A stretch of DNA of 64,000 nt from Nitrospirota bacterium (GTDB lineage: Bacteria; Nitrospirota; Nitrospiria; 2-01-FULL-66-17). The notes below the pieces were generated by a model. The model did not search any database. It worked only from the letters and a program-made list of their open reading frames with translations, and was not told where the DNA came from. The stretch covers positions 13,487 to 77,486 of the forward strand of contig JBMOMC010000037.1 in the NCBI GenBank assembly GCA_049325335.1, written 5' to 3'. A program made the translations under genes and the position numbers. Positions 41,711 to 50,526 of this stretch are shown piece by piece. The first letter of the stretch is position 1. The number at the start of each line of letters is the position of its first letter.

Positions 41711-42523
41711 TTATAGGACGTCCGTAAACTGCGGTTTCAGCTTTCTAAATACCCCGCCCCCAAGAGCAAACACCCCCATCCCCAACGCCGCGAGATAGGC
41801 GATTCCATTGACGTCAAACGATCCGGTGCCCAACAGCGCGGCGCGGTACCCGTCCACGACGTAGATCATCGGGTTCAACGCGTACAAAGCCTTGAGCGAT
41901 TGCGGCACGAGTGTGTGGTCGTAGACGATCGGGGTGAGGAAGAACCAAATATTCACGAACACGCCGACAACCTGGCCGATGTCCCGCAGGAACACGTTCA
42001 ATGCCGACAACAGCCATGAGATGCCTAATGAAAATACCATGAGGACTGCCAAGTACGGCGCAATCAGCACAATGTGCCCCGAGACCTCGTGCCCAGAAAT
42101 CGCCAAGAGAGCCACCAGCAACATGAGCCCGATTAAATGGGTGATGACCGACGCCAAGACCCTCACAATCGAAAGCAGCTCCGACGGGAAGACCATCTTC
42201 TTGATTACGGCAGCCTGCTCGAGCACCGCATCCGACGACCGACCCAACACCTCCGCGAACATCATCCAGGGCAACAATCCTGCGATCAGCCACACCGCGT
42301 AATTCGTCCCCGCGTACTCCCCGCCCAACCGCATCTTGAGCACGACGGAAAAAACGAAATAATAGATGAGCAGTTGGATCAGAGGATGAATCACGGACCA
42401 GAACACGCCGAGAAGCGATCCGACGTACCGTTTGCGCAGATCGAGTACCACCAAACTCCGAATCATGTAACTGTTCTGCTTCAACAGCCTAAGCAAGGCT
42501 CCGATCCGTCGAAAGGGGTTCAT
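41711..42523 (-). CDS. wzm: Polysaccharide ABC exporter permease
   Basis: RYVGSLLGVFWSVIHP, GLLPW, FLRDI, TPIVY, LNPM; about six TM segments. Confidence 0.93.
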   Translation of the reverse strand: MNPFRRIGALLRLLKQNSYMIRSLVVLDLRKRYVGSLLGVFWSVIHPLIQLLIYYFVFSVVLKMRLGGEYAGTNYAVWLIAGLLPWMMFAEVLGRSSDAVLEQAAVIKKMVFPSELLSIVRVLASVITHLIGLMLLVALLAISGHEVSGHIVLIAPYLAVLMVFSLGISWLLSALNVFLRDIGQVVGVFVNIWFFLTPIVYDHTLVPQSLKALYALNPMIYVVDGYRAALLGTGSFDVNGIAYLAALGMGVFALGGGVFRKLKPQFTDVL

Positions 42524-42563
42524 GCCGGAGGATCTCGCTCAAATGCAGTAGACATGTCGTCCC

Positions 42564-43148
42564 TCACACTCCAACCTTCATAATCCTCGACGCGTCCACG
42601 CCGACAGCGCTCAACACCCTGACCGATTCCTCCGCGTTCGAATCGACCACAATCACATGGTCGAATGTAAGCGACGACACAGTTTCCGGCCCCAGAATAG
42701 GCCGCCCACACAGGGCCTGCCCTGCCTTACCGTCACACACGATCGCCGCGACATCTAAATGAGCTTCTTGAAGAGACAGCAGCGCGATCTCCGCAAGATC
42801 GCCTTTACCGTAGAGGACCACGGACCTTGCACCTGCCGCTTTCATTCCATCAAACGTCTTGGTCATACTCTTCCTTGCTTCCCGATAAAAGAAATATGAC
42901 TCTTGGATGTACTGGAAGGCTAGGCTCGTCTTCTGCGCAATACCCGATGGGGTCAACTCGTAGCGGAGACGATGCGGTTTGAGATTGACGACTTTGATAA
43001 GGCCTTTCTTCGTTAGGCGCCGAACATAGAGGTTAGTTAAACCCAGCGCCACACCAAGCCGTTGGCTCAATGTCCGCTGAGTCAGGTCCCCGCCCTTGGA
43101 CACCTCGTCGAGGATCCGAAACACGTGTACGTTGTCGCCCTGTTTCAT
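42564..43148 (-). CDS. MarR-type winged-helix regulator (polysaccharide-locus associated) with C-terminal Rossmann-like domain
   Basis: LTQRTLSQRLGVALGLTNLYVRRLTKKGLI...YELTPSGIAQK; C-terminal VVLYGKGDLAE. Confidence 0.87.
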   Translation of the reverse strand: MKQGDNVHVFRILDEVSKGGDLTQRTLSQRLGVALGLTNLYVRRLTKKGLIKVVNLKPHRLRYELTPSGIAQKTSLAFQYIQESYFFYREARKSMTKTFDGMKAAGARSVVLYGKGDLAEIALLSLQEAHLDVAAIVCDGKAGQALCGRPILGPETVSSLTFDHVIVVDSNAEESVRVLSAVGVDASRIMKVGV

Positions 43149-43171
43149 TAGCTAAGCCCAGATCACCAGGC

Positions 43172-43251
43172 GTTCATTCTCTGAACATCTAGAATCTCAA
43201 AAAGGCCGCAACAAGACGGCCTGTATATCGCATTGTTCATCTGATGAACAA
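43172..43251. promoter_or_regulatory. Two GTTCA-N5-TGAAC palindromic operator-like sites
   Basis: GTTCA-TTCTC-TGAAC at 43172-43186 and TTGTTCATC-T-GATGAACAA at 43233-43251, upstream of the MarR-type gene. Confidence 0.7.
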
Positions 43252-43395
43252 CAAAATGCGTAGCATTATTCCATTGACGACGTCAAGGAATGACATCGTG
43301 CGGTTTCGGCGCCATCAGACGGCTGTCTCACGGAAGTCGATGCGGTTAGCGTGCCTGGCGATGCCCATCCCGACGGATGGCCGAAAACGGCTTCA

Positions 43396-44271
43396 CTAAG
43401 ATTTCTGAAAAATTATCACATCCTGGAAGAAGACTCCAGGCACTTCCTTCCAGTTCCCGGGGAAGCGTTGTACCAACCCTATCCCCGCCTCAGAAATAAG
43501 GCGGTTCAGTCCGTTCTCTGTTACACCCACAGCACTTTCCGGAACTGTCGCCCACGCGGGATGAAACCAGTCATTCGAGCCATAAGCCGGTTGATCAAAC
43601 ACCCATTTGCCTTGCGAAGTCATATGATACCGTCCCGTTGCTTTGGACCTTGCATCTAGGCCCTTCTCGTAAATCTCATCCAACAGGAAGAACGTGATTA
43701 TCGCTTTGCCTCCAGGCTTAAGCACACGACCCACTTCCTTGAAATAGAATAAAGCGTCTTCTTCATTGAGGTGCGTCCAGGTCGATAACGCCGTGACCAG
43801 ATCGAAGCTAGCAGGCTTTACTGGCCAACCTACCCTCTCGCTTTTCTGGGACGGTGTATAAGCCGGGTTACTGATGTCCAGATGTATGAACTCAAAAGCC
43901 GCAGAGGGGAAATGATTCCGGCAAAACTCAATCTCCCTTTTCACGACGTCAATTCCCACGTAGCGCCCATGAGTCCCGAGAAAAGGTTCACTCGCTATCC
44001 CCAACAATCCGGTTCCACACCCTACGTCTAGAATCGAATTATCCACTTTACGGTCCACGTGCAAATACATTAGGGTCTGGAAAATTCCGACGACGTGCGC
44101 CCATTCAGCATATGAGTACTTACCACCCCGTCTATTGTCTTCCGTTGGAATCAACCGAATATTCTTTGTCCTACGGACATGATTTCTATCTAAAGGAACA
44201 TAAAAGCGGTCAAGAAGTTTGTACAGGTCAATTCCTAACGCCTTGAGGCCACGCTCGACGACATGTCTCAA
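43396..44271 (-). CDS. Class I SAM-dependent methyltransferase
   Basis: ILDVGCGTG, YVGID, FDLV, RVLKPGG. TTG start after GAGGGG. Confidence 0.88.
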   Translation of the reverse strand: MRHVVERGLKALGIDLYKLLDRFYVPLDRNHVRRTKNIRLIPTEDNRRGGKYSYAEWAHVVGIFQTLMYLHVDRKVDNSILDVGCGTGLLGIASEPFLGTHGRYVGIDVVKREIEFCRNHFPSAAFEFIHLDISNPAYTPSQKSERVGWPVKPASFDLVTALSTWTHLNEEDALFYFKEVGRVLKPGGKAIITFFLLDEIYEKGLDARSKATGRYHMTSQGKWVFDQPAYGSNDWFHPAWATVPESAVGVTENGLNRLISEAGIGLVQRFPGNWKEVPGVFFQDVIIFQKS

Positions 44272-44286
44272 TTCATTCCCCTCGTT

Positions 44287-45048
44287 TTATTTGTCCGCTA
44301 TTGAGCGAGTTCTAACCCATTCATACAGCTCACGATCCAAGTGATTGTATTCTTCGACGACTCCTAGAGTTTCTTTTTCCAGCCACGCTCTCGGCTGTGT
44401 GGTTACGTTGAGATTCGGGATCTGGTGCCGACGCCATCCACTCCGGTTTCCGATGACTCTCACCACATCACTCATTTCTTCGACAGTCCCGATGACACCA
44501 AAGTACTTCTCAACATTCTCCTTCGCCCTCTGTATAGCCTCCCTACTATCCACGATTTCGCCCGGTCTAGTCTTGATTCCCGCAAGAATTCTCGTCATCT
44601 GATTATTGGTCATTTCCGTATAGCGTCCGGCAACGAATTGCGTCAACGATAGCCCTTCCTTCACCAAAGCGAACAATGGCGACCGTGGCGTTCGCCCAAC
44701 ATGATGGTACAAGGAGACCACTCGCTCGACCGGGTCGCGAAGAATCGTAGCGTAGATGGGTGGTGTATCCAGGGTTTGGTGAAGACCGAACGAGAAATGT
44801 CCGTAGACTATCCGGATCGCTGGTCGGTTCCGATGGAAGGCCTCTGCTAATTGCGCCCGCTGTGCGTCGACGTCGCCATCCGGGCCCGGGTACCAGAACA
44901 GACGCTGATTGTCACGATACTCGGCCTCGACGACAGATCGGAACGATGTTCCGGCGCACTTCGGAATATGGCAAAACAGCAGGGGATCGCCCTTCCACAC
45001 GCCATTTCTCCTGGCAAACCTTTTAATTTCTGACCACCAACGATTCAT
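44287..45048 (-). CDS. Sulfotransferase (Sulfotransfer_2-like)
   Basis: 5'-PSB-like FCHIPKCAGTS, 3'-PB-like LRDPVERVVSLY, NHLDRELY. Confidence 0.88.
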   Translation of the reverse strand: MNRWWSEIKRFARRNGVWKGDPLLFCHIPKCAGTSFRSVVEAEYRDNQRLFWYPGPDGDVDAQRAQLAEAFHRNRPAIRIVYGHFSFGLHQTLDTPPIYATILRDPVERVVSLYHHVGRTPRSPLFALVKEGLSLTQFVAGRYTEMTNNQMTRILAGIKTRPGEIVDSREAIQRAKENVEKYFGVIGTVEEMSDVVRVIGNRSGWRRHQIPNLNVTTQPRAWLEKETLGVVEEYNHLDRELYEWVRTRSIADK

Positions 45049-45054
45049 GTCTCT

Positions 45055-45816
45055 TTAAGACGCGGCTCCAGACTGTCCGACAGACATGTGGAGACCACTG
45101 GACTTCACCCAGTCGTACAGTCCGATGTCGAGCGCATTATGTTCGACAATCGCCTGACGCGTTTCGTGATCGATTTGAGTCGGGCTGTCCGGTTTGACGT
45201 TCAACACGGGAATCGAATGGTGACGCCACGCTAGCCGGCGAGCGAGGGCGGCCAAGACCTCGTCCATCGACTCGACGGTTCCGATGACACAGAAATATTT
45301 CCGGACGTTCTCCTTGGCCAGATCCAACCACTTTTCGTCATAGGCCACCCCTCCAGGTAGCGCCGGCACGCCGGCAAGGGTTCTCGTCATGTGGTTGCTC
45401 GCCATTCCCGCGAAGGCTTTTAACGAAAGCCCTCCCTTGATTCGGTCAAAAAACGGAGACTGAAGATCGCGCCCAAAATGATGGTACAGCGAGATCACGC
45501 GAGCCACCGGCTCACGCACGATCGTTGCGTAGACAGGAGGGATGTCCAGGAAGCGATGCATGCCGAACGCAAAGTGCCCATAGATGATTTGAATGTCCCT
45601 GCGAATCCGTTGAAACCGCTCAATGAACTCTGCGCTGGGCGTCGGGAGATTCAGTTCCTCCTGCTTGTACACAAACAGTCGCTGCTTCGGTTTGTATTCG
45701 GCCTCGATGACCGCACGGAAGGACGTGCCAGCGCATTTCGGAATATGGCAAAAAAGCAATGGGTCCACGCGCCGCAAACCGCTGAGACGAACGATTCTTC
45801 TGAGAGCGGAGGTCAA
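45055..45816 (-). CDS. Sulfotransferase (Sulfotransfer_2-like), paralog of 44287-45048
   Basis: FCHIPKCAGTS, VREPVARVISLY, NALDIGLY. Confidence 0.88.
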   Translation of the reverse strand: MTSALRRIVRLSGLRRVDPLLFCHIPKCAGTSFRAVIEAEYKPKQRLFVYKQEELNLPTPSAEFIERFQRIRRDIQIIYGHFAFGMHRFLDIPPVYATIVREPVARVISLYHHFGRDLQSPFFDRIKGGLSLKAFAGMASNHMTRTLAGVPALPGGVAYDEKWLDLAKENVRKYFCVIGTVESMDEVLAALARRLAWRHHSIPVLNVKPDSPTQIDHETRQAIVEHNALDIGLYDWVKSSGLHMSVGQSGAAS

Positions 45817-45919
45817 TGCCGCCTAGCGTTTTCGGGAAACACGGGAACTGGCGCCGACGAGACGGCAGTCAGGACGTGGACGGACGACCTCACGCGCCTG
45901 GCCGGATGCCCGACCGAAA

Positions 45920-46957
45920 TCACTGCAGGATCTTCTTGAGGCGCTTTTTCGCGCCGTTCAACATGCGCCCCAAGCGTGTCGCATAGCCCTGTTCCCAGCG
46001 TTCAGACGTCTGGGGCATGGATTCTAGATCGATCTGTAGCAGTTGGGTCGTCAAGTTGGTGGTGACATTGGGAAACAGAATCGGCAAGGTCGCTATTGTT
46101 TCGGGGCGATATTTGATCGACTTGAATCGCGAGTGGGTGACGACGAACATCAACGTGTCGATTCCCATGGATTGTGCGAGGTGCTGGGCTGCCGTGATTT
46201 CCTCGTCGCTATCGTTGAATTCGAAGAGGATATATTTCCACATGATGTTCTGTTTCTTCCCAGCCACCGTCTTGGGGATGTCCTTCATGAACCGAATCAC
46301 TTCGTCCACGTTGCCGCCAATCCGATACTGTGCATAACTCTTCTGGAACACGCCGTCGCACGACACCACGATCTCGTCGATGAACTCCCCGGCAGTGGCC
46401 TTCCCATAGTCAAAGTTCCCGTTCGTGATCACCCGCTGTCGTGTTTCGGGGTACGAATCTCTGGCCGTTCTCACGAACTCCGCAAACCGCGGGTGCATTA
46501 ACGGATCGCCCTGACCGCAGTACTCGATCTCACCGACCGTATACGAGTTCTTTCGAAGACTCTTAAGCAAACCGTCGAACGCTTCGATTTCCATCAAGAA
46601 CGGCTTAGCTCTCGTTTGTCGCTGTGTCTTATTGGAACAACACGGGCACTCAAGGTTACAGGCGAGCGACGGCTCCAGTTGTATCTTGCGGATCTTCCTC
46701 TGACTCAGGTTGTCGGAGAACGGCTCGTTCGTTCGGAGCCAGGCGCAGCTATTGCAGACCTCGCCCCACGGCACCACCCCGGCCGAAAGCGTCGCCCGCA
46801 TGTGGGTGTACTGATCGTTGGTCAGGACCTTCTGGATATCCCACGAAGGGTCAAGGTGGGCGACCGTTCCAAGGAGGACCTGCTCTCCCTTGTCGCAATC
46901 GCACGGAATGTCGCCGTTGCTCCTGACGTAGATCGTTTCGAGAATCTCACAATTCAC
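45920..46957 (-). CDS. Radical SAM protein with N-terminal SPASM/Twitch-like Cys domain
   Basis: CNLECPCC (C100/C104/C107), GQGDPLMHP, ITNG, VSCDG; extra Cys at 3, 19, 21, 68 and 71. Confidence 0.85.
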   Translation of the reverse strand: MNCEILETIYVRSNGDIPCDCDKGEQVLLGTVAHLDPSWDIQKVLTNDQYTHMRATLSAGVVPWGEVCNSCAWLRTNEPFSDNLSQRKIRKIQLEPSLACNLECPCCSNKTQRQTRAKPFLMEIEAFDGLLKSLRKNSYTVGEIEYCGQGDPLMHPRFAEFVRTARDSYPETRQRVITNGNFDYGKATAGEFIDEIVVSCDGVFQKSYAQYRIGGNVDEVIRFMKDIPKTVAGKKQNIMWKYILFEFNDSDEEITAAQHLAQSMGIDTLMFVVTHSRFKSIKYRPETIATLPILFPNVTTNLTTQLLQIDLESMPQTSERWEQGYATRLGRMLNGAKKRLKKILQ

Positions 46958-47374
46958 GGCAAGTCCTTGAAAGTCTTACGTATATTAGACTTACCTGGGG
47001 TATTTTCGCAACATATGGGAGAGACAGTTACTTACTCGTACTTCATCCACTCACACGGATGGCCAACACCCCATCCAGGAAATCGGGGCTACCTCACCAC
47101 AGTTGAGACACACCATACTTTCTGCGTGGTAGGCACGACGCCTCGACAACGAGTCCGCAGAATGCATCCCGAGAGCGCCTTCTGGTGAAGGTCGCGGTCT
47201 GCGCCGGCCGTCAGGTACGCAGAGGCCCCCACGCGGCGATCCTCCAAGTGCGCTATGGTCGTCGCCGCAGCCAAATTGTCTTCACGGGTTAGCGACATGT
47301 GGTTTTCCCCCTTCTAATTACCAGGAGTTTGGCTTAGGGCGCCTAACTTCAACATGATGCCAACGGTCCTTTTC

Positions 47375-50300
47375 TTACGGCACATCGAACACCTCCACCA
47401 GCGCAATTCCGGTGGTGCCCCCGACGCCGCTAACCACGACCGAATACGGCCCCGGCGGTAACGTCACCAGCAACGCCGCTTCGTTACCGCAGTTCGGCGG
47501 TTGTGCCGTTTGTCCAGGGTTCGGCATACAGGGGTCCTTTCCGGTCGCTGAAATCTGCGCCGAGTTCCCACAAGAGGCGGCAGGGCTTCCGCATAGAAGA
47601 TCCGTGGTCTGCCAATTGTCGTTCTGGGCGATGGTCGTGCCTGCCGACACCAGCCGCATCGTCGGATTTACTAGTGTCCCCGGCACGTTGAAGGGCGCGC
47701 CGCTCATAGACGGCCCCCGCGCCCGGATCAACACCTGCTTGCTGCCGGTCCCCGAAGGACCGATGATGAAGCCGCCGTTTAACAACCCAGCCGGTGCCGT
47801 GACTACCGTACCGCGAGTGGAGATATTGACGAGCTTTAACTGAGATCCAGTGTCCGCCTCAAATGCCTCCACCAACGCAATCCCAGTGGTACCGCTAACA
47901 CCGCTCACCACTACTGAATACGGTCCTGGCGGCAACGTCACCAGAAGCGCAGCTTCATTCGCGCAACCTGGGGGAGGGGTAGTCTGCCCAGGGTTCGGCA
48001 CACACGGGTCCCGTCCCGTGGCAGTGATCTGTGCCGCGTTGCCGCATGTGGTCGCTGGACTCAGACACAGCGGGTCAGTAATCTGCCAATTGTCATTCTG
48101 CGCAATTGTTGTTCCCGCTGACACCAGGCGCATCGTAGGATTGGTTAACGTACCCGGCACATTAAATGGCGCACCACCCATGGAGGGTCCGCGCGCCCGG
48201 ATCAAAACCTGTTTAGTGCCGCCGTTTGCAGCGCCGATAATGAACCCTCCGTTCAGAGATCCCCCGGCCGCAGAGACCACCGCCCCCCTCGTGGAAATAT
48301 TCAGGAGCTTGGCGCCCGTGGCGGGACTAGCGGTCACGTCGATAGGCGACGTACTACATAATGTGTTGTTACCTTCCGCGTTCGCTTCAGAAATTACCCC
48401 GCCACTGTCAGCCATACCACAGACGTAGTAGGTACCGGCCGGAGTTGTATACGACACTGTGACCAGGGTCGTGGCGCTGTTGCTCGAAGCCGCGACCAAA
48501 GAGCTGATCGAGCGCAGCGGAGACAGGGCTATGTCATCGGTTCCTCCGTAAAGCGCATCCACCGACAGATGCAACGCGATCGTAAACGTCCCTGCATTCG
48601 AGCCCCCTTGATTCTGGACCGTGTTGGACACGGATAGGGGGCCGCCTTGCGGCACAGCCGTTGACAGCGGAGTGACCGCGCTCATTACTAAATCTGGTGG
48701 AGAAATCACAACAGTAACCGTGGTGGTGTGTACTTCACCAGCCGCCGTACCGCGGATCACCACCGGATAACTACCGATCGCAATGCTCGGCTGCGCGGAT
48801 ATCGTCAGCGTCGATGTCGCGGTACCGCTAGCCGGTACCGTTACCGTCGTAGGGATGAAACTGCCAGCCAGATTCGCGTCCATGGCACCGAGCGTCAACG
48901 CTACCGATCCGGAAAACGCACCTTGAGACGTTACCGTTACAGCATACGTGGTAGACCCGCCCGCGGTGACGGCCTGACTTACTGGAGCTGCCGTTACCGT
49001 GAAATTGGAAAGCAGTGCCCGCTGGACGTTCAAACGGCCGCCAGTCGTAGTTCGACCAGTTAAAGCGGGAATCGGATCGACGGTTGACAGAATAGCGTCC
49101 CTTACCTGTGTAAGCGTGTAAGACGGAAACTGCGACAGAATAAGTGCCGCCGCACCGGACACGTGGGGTGCGGCGCTCGACGTCCCGTTGACGGAGAGGT
49201 ATCGCGAGGGGTCGCAAAGTCCGCAGGATCCCGTGGGCACGGTGGAGAGGATTGCTGAGCCCGGAGCACCAAGGTCGACAGTGCTGGAACCGTAGTTGGA
49301 GAAACTCGCAAGCTGATCGTTTCGGGTCGTCGCAGACACGCAGATCACATTAGGCTGTGTGGACACGCACGGGTAGTCGGGGGTGACGTCGTTATTCGTC
49401 CCGTTGTTCCCCGCCGCCACGACAACAAGCACCCCGGCGGAATTTGCGTATGCAATCGCGTCTTCAAGGGCTTGCGAGTAACAGCCGACGCCATTACAAC
49501 CCCAACTGGCATTGATAATCCGCACACCCATATTCGCCGCATACAGAATTGCATCGACCGCATCGCTGGTCAGCCCGTTTCCGCCGGCATCCAGAAACTT
49601 AAGCGGCATGACCCTAGCCTGCCAAGCCACACCCGTGACGCCGACCCCATTGTTCCCAACCGCAGCTATGATCCCAGCGGTATGGCTCCCATGACCGCCG
49701 TCATCGGAAGGATTGCTGTCGTTATTGACGAAGTCCCAGCCACGATAGTCGTCGATATACCCGTTGCCGTCGTCGTCGATCCCGTTGCCGATAATCTCGC
49801 CCGGATTGACCCAAAGGTTGGCCGCAAGATCGGGATGCGTGAGATCCATGCCGCTGTCGATATCCGCAACCACGACACTCGGACTCCCGACCTGACTGTC
49901 CCACGCCTCGGGCGCGTCAATGTCCGCGTCGACCGTCCCGCCCGCCTGCCCAATGTTGTGCAGGCCCCACAAACTTGAGAACAGTGGGTCGTTGGGAATA
50001 ATCCGGGCTTGATAGATAATGTTGGGTTCCGCGTATTCGACATCGGGATTCTGCCGGTATCGTTGCAAGAGCGTTTCCATCGACTCTCCTCGCCGTGCTC
50101 TCACCCGATCGATTCCGATCTCATGAATCTCGGCGATCACGTCCACGTCTTCCCTAACGTGGGTCAGCCGCTTATTAGCCAGTGGTACGGGTTTCTTAAA
50201 TTTGACCAACACCTCACCCGGCATCTGAGCCGGACCGCCTATTCGTGCAACGGGACCTCGACTGGAATCGGATTCCGCATCCGCTATCGCCGATGATGCA

Positions 50301-50395
50301 GGAAGCCAGAGAAACGACAGAAGGAACGCGCTGACAAACAACGCCATTCCGGAGTGACTCCCCCCAAAGCGCCGCCAAGCGATCAATCTATCCAT
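47375..50395 (-). CDS. Secreted S8 subtilase with Ig/CARDB-like domains and two C-terminal NISTR-type domains
   Basis: Catalytic motifs VADIDSG, GHGSHTAG, NGTSSAAPHV and oxyanion AAGN; signal peptide; AGGAGG RBS before ATG 50395. Confidence 0.92.
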   Translation of the reverse strand: MDRLIAWRRFGGSHSGMALFVSAFLLSFLWLPASSAIADAESDSSRGPVARIGGPAQMPGEVLVKFKKPVPLANKRLTHVREDVDVIAEIHEIGIDRVRARRGESMETLLQRYRQNPDVEYAEPNIIYQARIIPNDPLFSSLWGLHNIGQAGGTVDADIDAPEAWDSQVGSPSVVVADIDSGMDLTHPDLAANLWVNPGEIIGNGIDDDGNGYIDDYRGWDFVNNDSNPSDDGGHGSHTAGIIAAVGNNGVGVTGVAWQARVMPLKFLDAGGNGLTSDAVDAILYAANMGVRIINASWGCNGVGCYSQALEDAIAYANSAGVLVVVAAGNNGTNNDVTPDYPCVSTQPNVICVSATTRNDQLASFSNYGSSTVDLGAPGSAILSTVPTGSCGLCDPSRYLSVNGTSSAAPHVSGAAALILSQFPSYTLTQVRDAILSTVDPIPALTGRTTTGGRLNVQRALLSNFTVTAAPVSQAVTAGGSTTYAVTVTSQGAFSGSVALTLGAMDANLAGSFIPTTVTVPASGTATSTLTISAQPSIAIGSYPVVIRGTAAGEVHTTTVTVVISPPDLVMSAVTPLSTAVPQGGPLSVSNTVQNQGGSNAGTFTIALHLSVDALYGGTDDIALSPLRSISSLVAASSNSATTLVTVSYTTPAGTYYVCGMADSGGVISEANAEGNNTLCSTSPIDVTASPATGAKLLNISTRGAVVSAAGGSLNGGFIIGAANGGTKQVLIRARGPSMGGAPFNVPGTLTNPTMRLVSAGTTIAQNDNWQITDPLCLSPATTCGNAAQITATGRDPCVPNPGQTTPPPGCANEAALLVTLPPGPYSVVVSGVSGTTGIALVEAFEADTGSQLKLVNISTRGTVVTAPAGLLNGGFIIGPSGTGSKQVLIRARGPSMSGAPFNVPGTLVNPTMRLVSAGTTIAQNDNWQTTDLLCGSPAASCGNSAQISATGKDPCMPNPGQTAQPPNCGNEAALLVTLPPGPYSVVVSGVGGTTGIALVEVFDVP

Positions 50396-50445
50396 ATCCC
50401 TCCTGAGCCATATAGGCCTCACCACGGTGTAGGAGACCTAGAATA

Positions 50446-50489
50446 GAATCGGGGTCAGTGGCGATCCCAATTGCCACTGACCCCGATTC
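50446..50489. terminator. Strong intergenic hairpin between the DUF11 and S8 genes
   Basis: GAATCGGGGTCAGTGGC...GCCACTGACCCCGATTC, a 17-bp perfect stem with only a weak U-tail (TATTCT) on the minus strand. Confidence 0.6.
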
Positions 50490-50526
50490 CATGTGGTCAG
50501 AATGCAATACCCCCAAACACTCTCTA

